64,000 bases of DNA from positions 10,666,088-10,730,087 of the forward strand of contig NC_134031.1 of assembly GCF_964204645.1 (NCBI RefSeq), given 5' to 3'. How positions within the stretch are numbered: position 1 is the stretch's first letter; every line of letters begins with the position of its first letter. A model generated the notes under the pieces. The model ran no database searches and was not told the origin of the DNA. It saw nothing but the letters and a program-made list of their open reading frames with translations. Of the stretch, positions 50,976 to 63,440 are shown piece after piece. The stretch is from Tubulanus polymorphus. Lineage: Eukaryota; Animalia; Nemertea. The position numbers and the translations under genes are program-made.

Positions 50976-51265
50976 AAAAATGTGTAAAAATTGCTTATTT
51001 TGACGAACAACAATGGTTGCCAGTCGGCCATCTTGGTTCTGACAGGGCCAGTTTTTGGGCTGAATATGCGTCTAGGGCAGATACACGTATAACCCAAATA
51101 TCAAGACATTACATTGAAGTGTCTTCAAAACTTCCTAAAAAACTGGATTCCGTCTACTGACGGACGGACGAAAAGTGAACGCAATAGCCCGCTGGGACTT
51201 AAGTCCCAAGTGGGCTAAAAACAAACTAGAAAGAAAGTTCTTTCATATAAACCAACATATCTTAC

Positions 51266-51497
51266 CCATGCACCCACAGGAGGAAACTCATTGATAGTAT
51301 TGTTTTGCCAATGCTCAACTGCATTTTTCACTGGTGGCGGTAAGCTGCTCATAATACACGATCCAAGCAATGAAACCTTTGATGCATGACTTGATCCAAT
51401 ACCGATTATGGTTGAGTAGGCCGTCACAGCAAATGAGTCATCAAGTGGTATTCCATTTACAGGTGGAAAATGGTCGACTTTGTTTAGTACACTGCAT
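51266..51497 (-). CDS. UBR4: UBR4 exon 1 of window (…VEHWQNNTINEFPPVGAW)
   Basis: TAG acceptor 51498-51500, GTAAG donor; resembles UBR4 WNNINTNEFPNIGSW segment. Confidence 0.9.
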
Positions 51498-53595
51498 CTA
51501 ATAATGATAAATAATTTCAATGACATAAGGCAAGCCCATGCCGAGCTTTTTAAAGGAGCAGTTCTCTCTATATTTCAAGAGCAGCACTTTTTCATAGTGA
51601 AAAGGAGCACTTTCCTAAATTGAAAAAGGACAGATCTTAAATATGATCTTTTCAATAGCCTAAACTTAAACACCGTCTCATTTATAATTTTCATGATGTT
51701 AGATTTATAATATCCATAACAGTAATATGATACCTATAGTCATCATTTTACATAAACAAAACATAGCCTCATTCATAGTACCAAAATTTGGCAACATCAA
51801 AACTTTTTCTATGGTCAATGGATCAGTCTGAAATTTCGTTCACTTGTTAAGCTATCTGCCATCAATGTTGTGTCCAAATTTCATCGAAATCGGATAAAAA
51901 TTAACGATTTTCAAAAAATTTGAAATGTCTCTAAAATCTTTAATCTTGGCCCTATCTCTACAAAAAATTATCACTAGCATCAGATTTTCATTCCCACTAT
52001 GACTAGATTAGTTAAAATTAGTTAAGAAACTTGATATGAAAACTTTTATGAATATGTCAAATTTAACTGTGTGTGACCTGCAGTGCCATTCTAGCTCATT
52101 CAAAACATTATAAACAAGGTACTGTAGTTAGTGGGACGGCCGATCTCAAGTGTTTGTCACCCGGTTAACTAGCATCCATACTCCCCGGCCTTTAACTAAA
52201 GATTTCACAGAAATCAATATTGAAATACAATTTTTGCAATCAGATTTTCGCGAAAAAGCTCATATAAATTTTAACGAGGCCCTCTTTCAAAATTCAGCTT
52301 CATAAGGGATGGAGAATGGATAATGCTCTAATGAATGATTTGTATGAATATATGCTCAGTTGTGCAGTCAATGAGCCTTAGCTCTGGAAACCATGTCATT
52401 TAAATTCGCTCCATTTGTATAGTAATAGGCTCAGCCTAAGGCTGACCTAAAAAGCAATTAGCCCACTTACTGTAACCTACGAGGCACTGCTGCCCATTCA
52501 AAGCAATACACTCACTGAAATCAGCAGACTGATTGTATTGGGCTGAGGCATGAGAGTGTGTGACTGAATATTTTTTTTACCCGTTTCCAGCTGCACCCGC
52601 GGGTTCAAATCTTCAGTACTGCATAAAATCCATACATCATGAAATGATATAACCGTTACTTTACATATTTGTTAAGCATTTGCAATACTATTCAGATAGT
52701 TTAGATTTTTACTCTTTTTTACCGGCCTGCCGGAGCAGTCCTATCGCAGTATTTTTCCGTGGTTTGTTCTGTGTACTGTTTTTTTTGCAGGGGTTTTTCC
52801 CGAGTTAAGACGTTGAGGGCACTTCATCGTCATTTTTGTTAACTGGTTGAGGTGAATCTCGCTCTCACGCCTAAATTCTCTTTTTCTGTGAGATAATTGC
52901 TCCCAGCGAGGAAACGTTCTGTAAGTTCCACATATTTGTAATTTAACCTTTAATACTGTTTGATAAGATAATGTCTTTGATAGCCTAAAATTGTTTGTGG
53001 AATGTTAACTTCAATTACAGGTGCTATTGTATGGTAATATTAATAATTACAGGTGCTATTGTATGGTAATATTTTTAGAGTGTTCAATTTTGTATTTTCA
53101 GTAAACCATCATCTTCAGTGTCATTATCGTCACATCAGTTTGTAATAAACATTGGTCTAAGAAATTCTCAATTGTTTGTCAGTCGTCTCACAATATTTGT
53201 TTGGTATCTACAGTTCTGTTTTGGGCGGGTTCAAATCTTCAGTACTGGGTTGAATTCATACATCATGAAATGATCATATCAGTACTTTATATTTGTTTCT
53301 ATCTATAGTTCTATAACCTTGGGCCTCCATGGGAAGAAGGGCCCCAGTATCCTCGGGCACAGGTCCACTCGGTTCCGAGATCCCATATGGTCTCTATGGG
53401 CACGGGTGATCACACCATGTAATAGGCCATGCCATAAAATGCTCCTAATCAATTTACGTGCAATGAACTAATAAGTTGGAAGTTCTACGTTTAAAAATCC
53501 CCCGTGGTTTCCACAGGCTTTCCATTAATTTGAAAATATTTTTCAAATTATTGTGATAAACTTGTTGCATTGCGATCATCATACTTCAACCCGAA

Positions 53596-56500
53596 ACTAG
53601 AATGAGGCAAAGCCTTGAATGCTCCCGGCCTGAAATTCGCTGCCATGTGAAGTTACAGGGTTAGTGGTAAATGCGAGTGGTAAATATCGAGGCCACAGTT
53701 ATTTCAATAAGAATGATATTAGAGAACATGTGTACTAAGTGTAAACAAGAGGCCCATGAGCCTTGAAGCATTTGTATGTTATACTGTGGTAAGGTATTAA
53801 GTGGTTAATGTCTTACATCTGCTGGCAAATGTTCTATGACGATGTTGGTTGGGAGGACCACAGACTTAAGGTCTTAATGTACGATTTTCATTCATGGTGA
53901 AAATGAATCTCATTTTTCTGCCAAACGATTTAGCGACAGAGAGCGATGCCGACGTTGGTGTCACTGAGGCCGGCTGATGAAATATTTGTCTGTTTGTTTG
54001 CTAACGTCGTCCGTACCTAGGTTTCCCATTTTTCATTTAACTTCACAATGGGATGGCCTTTCAAGTGTTGCCTGCACACTGTAAGCAGCCAGCAGGACTC
54101 GAACCCACTTGTCACTCAGCACTGATAGCGGATGCAACAGCATCATGCCTTATCTTATCTCACTCACACTGAGCTAGCGAGGACGCTCGATTAAATTCCA
54201 ATTAAAGGACCAATGGTCCAGTGGCTCGCCAAACTGGTATAAAGTAAAAAATCTGTCACGCAGGCTACCGGTATGCAAAAATTAATTTCATTAAAAATTA
54301 AAAAAGGAAAAATATATAAAAAGGACTCAATTTTGGTCAGTGTGAACTTTTAATGATAACTGACTTCTAAGAAGAATGAAATCTTTGAAAAATTGATTAT
54401 GGGCCTTTTGTCTGAACGAATGTTCATAATTTTAATACATCCCTTGAATGACGTAAAACAACTAAAACTACTAGTGACCCGTTAAGATACGGTACAAACA
54501 TGGTGAGAGCCTGGGTTTCATCAGAGGGTTTTCATTATCATATACGGACCAATTAGGACAAAAGCTCCCTAGTTCTTCAAATTTGAGGCCAGTGCCCATT
54601 ACTGATGAAACAAAGTTTATTGACTGACATGGTTTATAATATTTTCACGATAGGATTGCTTTAAGTAGCTTACATCTTCACTCAGACAAATCGTTGTTAT
54701 GCGCGACCTATACCATGGCGCGCTTACTCTATAACTGATACATACACGCAGTGAACACAACAGAATAAGGCGATATTGCCTACGTGACTGTACACGACTG
54801 TTTTCAACGCTATCACTCATCACTGTGCCGCAGTTAACAAACTAATACTAATAATCAGGCTCCATAACGGATCGCTAATGCTTCAATTTATGATGACAAA
54901 ACAAGTATTCCAGCCATGTATATATCAGACTACTAATCTCTAAAAATCCGATGCTATCAGTAAATCAGCCGTGTGGCTAACACGAAAGTAAAATTCCGCG
55001 TTTTGAAACCACATTTTCGTCAGTTATCTTGATGCAACATTACCTTATGAACAGGATATCAAAACTACATGAATCATTGAACACATCACATACAATAAAT
55101 CATTATATCTTATATGCCTTGAGTATCAGTATTCGCACGAAAAAGGATGAGTATCAACTTATTCAATCGTGCCGCCATTTTGTGTGTGAAATAATATGCA
55201 CCAGCTGATCCACCTCGTTCAATGTTATGATGTCATGATGGACGTGAAAACCTGGTCAACACAAATTTAATATAACCAAGATTTTGAGGGTTTTCGTCTT
55301 TGAAAGCCCATAACTATCGAACAGAGCGTCGGATTTTGGCGATGTAAAGTACTTCCGACGCAACTACCATTGAATTTTCACATGTGTGATTTTGGACAGT
55401 TAAAGATGCTGCATAAAAAAACTTGCTCAAATAAATCAAATTTTTGGTAAATTTCTCAAAAAAACCATGATACCCACAGCTTTCAACTTAGAGCACCATA
55501 GAGAAAAACCTATTATGAAATATATTTTTGCTTAATCCGTTAATTTCGCCCAGTAGTAGTGAAATTACAGGCTACTGAAATTGCGCTTGAGTGTGCTAAA
55601 AATGGCTTTGAGCGTAGTGTATTAAGCATACGAATGATTGGCCAGACTGTTGACATAGGCTCACTAATCCGAGCCAAAAACTACAGTAGCGGCAAATAAT
55701 CATCGCGATATTGCAATTTACGACAAACAACATGTAAATTCAATCGCTCTTGTGGTGTTCAATGCATGGAAAAGATAATATAAGTTAATTTTCCCAGCGC
55801 CAAAGCGAATCTATCTGCCGAGTGCGTAAGGGGCTACTACCACCTCGTGAGGCAGGCAGGGCATCTTAAAGTGAAAACTTATAATATAACCAGCGGAAGA
55901 ACGACAGATACGCAAGATTAATTATGGGAATTTTGGAAAATCATCAGTGTTGCAAACTAATTACAGATAATTATAACTCGGGCTCCAACAATTGCTAACG
56001 TAACATAAAAATGAGTTCAATTGATGACACTTAATGCCATCTTTAATTACTTAAGAATAGTTCTCAATGATGCTCAGACCACACTTCTCCGTATACATTC
56101 GTGTGGTGTTATCACTGCGGAAAATAGTGGATGGAAGCTACCTGGTGTGCTGATATTATTTAAGTGTTTAAAAGATAAGTTTTTTTTCAAATGAAATTAA
56201 CTCTGTTCATCTAAATGCCTTGCTTGTTTCGCAGAATATGTAATTTAACTTCTACTTTGTCATCAATATTTCTTGCGACTGTGATTGTTGAAGCTCCCGC
56301 CTGACGACGAAACCCATCAAAAATTGATCAACAGTTGCAGCCTGTAGGCTGTTTTCCCCGGATGGCCATTATTTGAATCGGTCAACAATTGCAGCCTCTA
56401 GGCTGTTAACGTCGTTTTTCAGGTTGGCCGCCTGGTGGCCATAATTTGAATCAAATCGACCCAATTTTAAATAGGGTTCTGGCCCAAATGATATCCTACG

Positions 56501-56868
56501 TGTGTACAAGTTTGAGATAAATCGGTCAACAATTGCGTCCTCTAGGCAGTTACATCGTTTTTCCTGTCAGCCCCCTGGTCCTCGATCCAATTTTAAGTAG
56601 GGTTCTGGCCCAAGTGATATCCCACTTGTGAACCAAGTTTGAAATAAATCGGCAGTTTACGTTGTTTTTCATGTTAGCCCTATGGTGGCCATAATTTGCA
56701 TCGAATCAACCCAATTTGAAATGGGGTTCTAGCTTAAGTGATATCCTACTTGTGTACCAAGTTTGAAAACAATCGAACAATAATTGCGGCCTGAAGGCTG
56801 TTAACATCACTTGGGGCGGCACGGGTATATCTTTATGCCCCCTCTCAAATAAAGTTGAGCCAGGGGCA
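53596..56868 (-). mobile_element. HINE family F copy 2 with nested inserts (about 53746-56320); LINE inserted at its terminus
   Basis: Same termini as 9682-10197; ~140-bp tandem units at 56320-56810. Confidence 0.7.
53790..54186 (-). mobile_element. tRNA-derived SINE
   Basis: Minus-strand A-box TAGCTCAGTG and B-box GGTTCGAGTCC at the 5' end, then about 300 bp of non-tRNA body. Confidence 0.55.
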
Positions 56869-57099
56869 AGGAAGTAAGTACACTTCCGGCAAGGAACGAA
56901 GTCGGCGAATGAAAATTTTATGAGAAGATTTTATCCAGAAACCAAGTTTTAAAGCTGATTTTAACTGTGATTTTAAACCAAACTGTTTTAGTAGCAACTA
57001 TTTTACAGGTATATATGCTTTAGAAGATAATGTTCTTAGCCAGTAGCCAGAATAGTCTCTCGATATATACCTTCCTCTCACAAGAGACAAAGAAGCAAG

Positions 57100-60000
57100 A
57101 TGGCGACCAAGATGGCGGCCAAAATGGCGTCCGACCAAGCCACCCAGAAGAATAAACAGGAACCAAATACCAATACCAAGCCTATGAATAAGGTCAGTCA
57201 GATTTCAAGTCAACCCTCCTCGACAATGACTAGAAGAAAAAAAAAAAAACCAACTAGATAAAGAAGCTGCTATAGAGAGAAAACTCGATGCCTGTGAGAG
57301 GGAGCCTGTGGAAATCTTGACAGGGAATTTTGTCATTACTTGTTCTACAGCCACATTTGAAGAAATAAGATCCTTTCTGCATGCTATGTTATATGTTGAT
57401 GATGATGAAGATGAAGGTGAAGGGAGCGCGGTTGAATACGGGCAGGTCACCGATAAAAATGGTGACGCCATTGTTGAAGAGATATATAAAATAAAATATC
57501 TCTATGCCCTTAAAAAGGTCATTGATGATAAAACTCAGACAGATGAAGCTAGACATATCCAGAACCATTCGGGTTACGATAAATGTTTATAACAACCAGT
57601 CCCGACTGCTCATCAATGGAAAGGATGCTGCTTTGGTTGCGAAACTTCTGGGAAAACCCCTATACCAGATAATTAAAGATGTCGACACCTGTGAGGGTGA
57701 CGAAACCATGAAGGGAAAAATCCAGGCTGCAAAAGAGGCAGACCACAACACCGTTTATGTGCATTCCTCAAGTGAAAAGCCATTGCACTGTATTGAAAGT
57801 GTGTTGATCGGCGAAACTAGTAGAAAGAATGAGAAAAATACTATGCATGCTATAATGCCTATGACTGATAGTTACTAAAATGTGATTGCGGATACAAAGA
57901 AAGAGAAATGTATGAAATGTAACAGAAGCGCAGTTACCAAATCTGTTGAATGTGAACGCTGCTGTCGTTGGGTTCACTACCGGTGTGAAAAATTAACAGC
58001 TGATATGATTGAAGAAATTGAAGATGAAATTATACCCTTTGTTTGTACTGAATGCAAACAGGAAACTCGGTACATTATATGTCAAACAAATGATATGCAC
58101 GTCGCTGACACGACTAGCTGTACTATATGTGACACCTTGGTACATTATACTTGGGCGCAAAAGCAGTCTTTAGACCCTGACGAATATAAATGTTCGCCAT
58201 GTGCTATTATTGACCCTAGAATAGACCAACCATCAGCCAACGAAGTATATGGAACCCCTCCTGTCAGTTCCCCACAACGTATAGATGCTGATGTGAGTCT
58301 TGATAGTACTATTTGGATCACGATGGAAATGGATATGAATGTACCCAAAGTAGTATCTCTGGATCTAGCCGGAGTCAACATCCGAAGAACAGTCTAAGCT
58401 ATGATATGAATTCTGACACAACTCAAGGCGAGAAAGAAAACAACCCATGTGCTAACTGTAGCCCTCTGAAAGTAACAAAAGAGAAGTCAGCACCAAAGAA
58501 AGGAAAGTCTGAGCTATCTAAAACCAAACTAGGGCAACCTGTAGATGTCCAATGCTCAGGTCCACCTAGATTCCAGGGACAAGCCAATTCCGTAACTACC
58601 AACAGAGATGAAGAAACTCCTATAGAGACTAGTATGATGTCTAACCCAGAAATAACTACGAAAAAAGTTAGATCCGAAGCAATGAAAACTAAAGGATTGA
58701 AAATAGTGCACAACAAACGCCTAAATCTGAATACCAAACAGAGAAAAGTTAATGATGAAATAAGCTCCGATGAGGATGAAGTGAAGTCTGCGCCAGATGA
58801 TAACTCATCACAGATGGCCATGTCTACTAAAAGAGCCAGGGAAAAATTAGTAGGATTCCAAGAAGAGAGATTTAATGCACAAAATACTAGCCAGAGTCCT
58901 ATCAATGAAAACCAAATGCAAGACCTCACAGAGAAAGAAAGAGAAAGCTGTTAAAACAAAAGAAGCCAGCTTACGTAAGCAAGAACTTACCCATAGAGAC
59001 ACTATAAACCGCTGTGCTGCCCAAGCCATATTGATTGATGATCTTGAAAAAAAGATCAATATATTAAAGGATGAAAATCATCTACTGAAGTTAAAGGCCC
59101 AAGCCTCCTTGGGAAGTGGAAACCCTAAAGCGAGTGAGACTATAAATGAGGCTCAGCAACCTGAACCTCAAGGAAATGAACTTCTCCTACTCCTTGCTAC
59201 TATATTGCCCCACATACAAGGAAATGCTAGTCAAACACAGATACCGCTCATGCTAATGAATCAGCAGTCGAATTTATTAGTAAGCTGAAGGCCATGGAGA
59301 AGAAAATGGATCATGACCAAAATCAGAGCTGGTGGAGGAATGGAAATAACAGGAACAGGAATGGAAGGCACTATACTAGGACAAATACTGTGTCTGACTC
59401 TCGTGAGAGAGATGGAAATTTTGGATACGAATACAGACAAGGTACTCGCAATGAAGTGTGGAATGACAGAAATTGTCATCACAGATGTCCACCAAATATG
59501 TCTGACTCTCATGAAAAAGACGGAAATTATGGACAGGAGTACAGACATGGAAGTGGCAATGAAGGACGGAACGATAGAAATCACCATCACAGATATCCAC
59601 CAAATTTACGAGAAAACATGGATGAACACCTGAAAAGCCAAGCGAAAGAATGGCCGCCGAGTGACAAAACTGATGCTTGCTACCTGCCCAAATGTGAGGA
59701 TGATGCAAATTCCCTTGGAAGAGATAACACTAGAACGCCTCCAGGATCTGAGCAAACGAAAGCCTATTCAGACGCTAGTAGATTCATGCCCAAATGGAGA
59801 AGAAAAGACTTTAGATGTACCCAGATGAGGAAACCAGCACCTCCCGGTGTAGTTAAAGATGGAAAAATGACACAGACAAAAATGCCAAACGAAGAAGTAG
59901 AAAGGTCGTACACTCTGATAGATAGAGACACTGATAAGTGTGATGATAATTGTATGCAAGGGCAAGAGAGGTCGTCACCTGAGTGTATCCCAAAGTATCC

Positions 60001-60331
60001 TAGAGACAGTAGATGTCTAATTGAAGATTTGACTCCCTCTAATGAAAACATTGATCTAACTGAACTTATGAACAGATGTCCTGAGGTTGTTGATACACAG
60101 TTATCACTAAGACGGATACAACATTGTGATGTTGTAAATGACTGTAGTTACCCACTGGAAGATGTGATATTGCCTGAAGGAATGGCTAGTGATGTAGGTA
60201 CCTCTGACCCCAATAAACGTGATAGCCCAAGAAATCTGGTATCCTCGGAAAGCAAACAGCATTTTTTAGGATCAGGGACCAAAAAACCACAAGTGAGGCT
60301 GAAGAAACCAAGCCCGCGAAAACGCGAATAA
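57100..60331 (+). pseudogene. LINE ORF1 (PHD finger(s), coiled coil), several frameshifts and stops
   Basis: Chain of overlapping + ORFs; CxxC…CxxCxxWxHxxC…CxxC PHD in ORF 57882; heptad-rich segment in ORF 58875; ends …QHFL…basic tail just before the APE domain. Confidence 0.85.
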
Positions 60332-63300
60332 CAACATTAAACATTGACGGAATTAAAAGTAATCTGGTATATTTGCTAGATCAACTAAAACAAACTTATC
60401 ATGCAAACAATATCATGCTTATCCAAGAACATTAGCTTCACCACTACGAGGCAGGAAATCTGTCGCACTTACTTCCGGGATATGATGTACTGATAAATGT
60501 TATGATGATAATGACCCAATCCCATCTGACTGCAGAACCAGAGGCAGAGCGGGTGTTTCCATAATATGGAGGAGTGATCTGCGAAACGTCGTTAAACCAC
60601 TGGTGGATGGCAGTACAAGAGTAACTGCAGTACAGATCAGTGGAAGTAAAAATGGTATCACTGTCATTAACACATATATTCCGATGGCAGGTACTAGGGA
60701 CACCCAGACTTCATATCATGAGGTCCTAGATGAGGTGCACAAGTTGTTTCAAAAATATGCCGAAACGAAAATATTATGGGGAGGCGATATAAATGCTAGT
60801 TTTGACCGAGTGAAACCAACTAGTAATGACACAAAGCTACGGAAAGCTGTTAATAAAATGGGCTTAACCACCCCCTTTTATGATGACATTGGACCAACGT
60901 ACCATCACTTTGTGGGAGGTATTACCTCAACTATTGACATGTTCCTGATGAGAAGTGGTGACAATGATATAGCCGTGAAAGCTACCTTGGATAGAAGGAA
61001 TCTAAATACTAACCTCTAAATACTGGTCCTCATGACCCGGTGACAATCTATGTTGAACATAAGATGCAGAATAATGATTATCCACGGAGGAAGAATATGG
61101 GGGAAGAATATGCTATCCCGAGATGTAATTGGAAGAAGGTAAACACTGATAAATACAGGAAGAAAATTAAAGAAAAGGTGGATATCATGCTATCTCATCA
61201 AGGCGTAGAGGAAATTCATACTCAGATACTGGTTAGCCATATTGACCAGATCCTGGTAAGCTCAGCAATGGAAGCAGGAGGACAACCTCGAGTGCGGAGT
61301 AAAATAAAGAGGAAGTTCCCTTGGATTAGCCACACACTACGACCCCTGATGAAGCAGAATAAATTGACACATGCTAGATGGAAGGAAGATATGAAAAATC
61401 ATACATTGTTCCTAGAGAAACGTCGTGCAAGAGCTGAACTTAGATCAGCTCAGCGGAAACTTGCCTATGAGAAAAGACAAAACCATTATGATGATATCCT
61501 GACAGCGTGTACAAATGATAAGCAATTGTTCAACAAACTTATTGCGACGCAGCTTAAACCAGGTCTAAGTAACCAAAATGTAAGATTTTCAAGTGATGAC
61601 GACCCTGAGGTAGAATGCTGGGCCTCTTACTTTGAAGAGTTGGCCACACCAAAGCCCGATGAATTTTTCGATGAGAACTATAAAAAGTCTATGACAATCC
61701 AAAAGCTCTTAATTGAAAATGTGTCAAAGCAGCAAAAGGCCCCTTCATGGGACCCAGCCTGGATATTGAAGCATATCAAGTCTATGAAAAATGGAACGGC
61801 AGCAGATGAGTATGGTCTATCAGCAGAGGACCTGAAAAATGCACCTGAATGTGCAACTGATCTTCTCCTGATTATAGCTGAAAGAGTGTTCGAGCGAGGC
61901 GAGTTGCCTCAACAGTTCAAGCAAGGCGTCATAACACCTGTTCAAAAGCCAGGCAAGCCTCCAGATAACCCGGACAACTACAGGAGAATAACTGTCTCTT
62001 CTACTATTGGAAAGGTAATAGAAAAAGAAATTGCAAGGCTTTCTGATGAAATACTGGTCCCAAACCAATGTAAACTGCAGTTAGGTTTCACCGCAAAAAA
62101 GTCTCCATCACGTGGAGCCCTCATCATTACAGAGGCTATTGCGGATGCAAATGATAGTAAACAGCCGCTGGACGTCATTTTCATGGATGTACAAAAGGCC
62201 TTCGACACAGTTGACCACGATAGCATGTTAGTTGCCCTCTATAACAGTGGAATACAGGGCAAACTATGGCTTATGTACCAAGATATGTACAGTGATGTGA
62301 GAACCAGAGTCAAATATGGGTCCATCTTTTCATGATCCATATCTGAGGCACAAGGAATACGGCAGGCTGGCATTACTAGCACGATATGCTTCAAGGCAAA
62401 ATCAGACAACATGATACGTTCAATTGGCACACATCCTGACTCTTACAGATTTGGCACCGTTGATACGGGAGCCCCTACTGTAGCGGATGATACGGCGATA
62501 CTGGCAAAACCAACACTTGGATCGAAGACCCTCATTGGAATTGTCGTGAATGATGCAAATAGACAGCGTTACAAGTTTAGTGAAACGAAGACAAAAGTAA
62601 TGGTGATGAACCAAAAAAATGGTAACCCTGAGATAGGAGTGTATGTTAATAATACTGTAGTTTCACAAACAACCCAAGAAAAGCATCTCGGGTTTGAAAG
62701 GACATGTGACAATAAAGCAGAAGCAACAATCGAGGAGAGGATAAAAAAAAGCACGTTGTACTTCGTATGCACTGATGGGTGCTGGTATGCATGGACTAAA
62801 TGGAGTTGGACCGGAAGTAGCCTTGAAATTGCTGGAAGTATATGTAGTCCCTGTGCTAACATATGGACTGGAAGCCATCATTATAACAGAAAGAGAATAT
62901 GAATTGTTGGAAGTGTACTATAAGAAGGCTCTACCCATATTCAGTATCTGCCTGATAGTACGGCTACTGTTGCTGTTTACCCGCTTGCTGGTGTGATACC
63001 AATTACTGCCCAAATTCACATCAAGATGCTGACATTTCTTGGCTCTGTAGCCCGTAACCCAGCGTCAATAGAGTATCAAATTATTATCAGACAGTATGCA
63101 GCCAAAACGTCTGCTGCGAAATCATGGACAAACCATGTAGCCATGCTCCTTGATAAATATGATCTTCCACCGATTTTGGAAGTCCTGACTGGAGAGTCCG
63201 CTAGATCAAGATGAGATGGAGAACGAGAGTGAAGCAAGTAATACAGAAAGCTTGGTATGATGGTATGAAGTGTAAAGCTGAAGGCATGTCCTCACTACAG

Positions 63301-63440
63301 TACCTGGACGCAAAAAACTGTGTGCCAGGGTCTGTTCATGCGGTGTGGAAGTGTGAATTCTCCTACGGATGTCCCGATGGCGACTATCAAGGCCCGGCTC
63401 CTGGTCCAGAGGTATCCTTTATCTGGCCTGAAATATGCTA
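60324..63440 (+). pseudogene. LINE ORF2 (AP endonuclease + reverse transcriptase), disrupted
   Basis: ITTLNIDG, IQEH, NTYIP, GDINA, TYHH and IDMF in APE; NYRRIT, QLGF, DVQKAFD, GIRQAG, PTVADD and KHLG in RT. Confidence 0.95.

Larger units (their letters stand above)
48658..51220 (-). mobile_element. HINE family A interrupted by two nested elements
   Basis: Colinear with other A copies apart from inserts at 49254-49680 and 49967-50975. Confidence 0.8.
550..51497 (-). other. UBR4: UBR4 E3 ubiquitin ligase gene, central part (26 exons in window; incomplete at both ends)
   Basis: Exons joined at GT-AG sites give an uninterrupted 3972-nt frame. It contains peptides I recognise from vertebrate UBR4 in the expected order ([77 protein letters not shown]). 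Confidence 0.97.

Noticed and set aside
53013-53072. 32-bp tandem duplication, and a ~50-bp repeat at about 52598/53224
   Set aside because: Small local duplications with no further structure to support a feature call.
58423-60051. Minus-strand ORFs overlapping the LINE (and those over the Gypsy element)
   Set aside because: Antisense shadows of coding sequence with no recognisable motifs.
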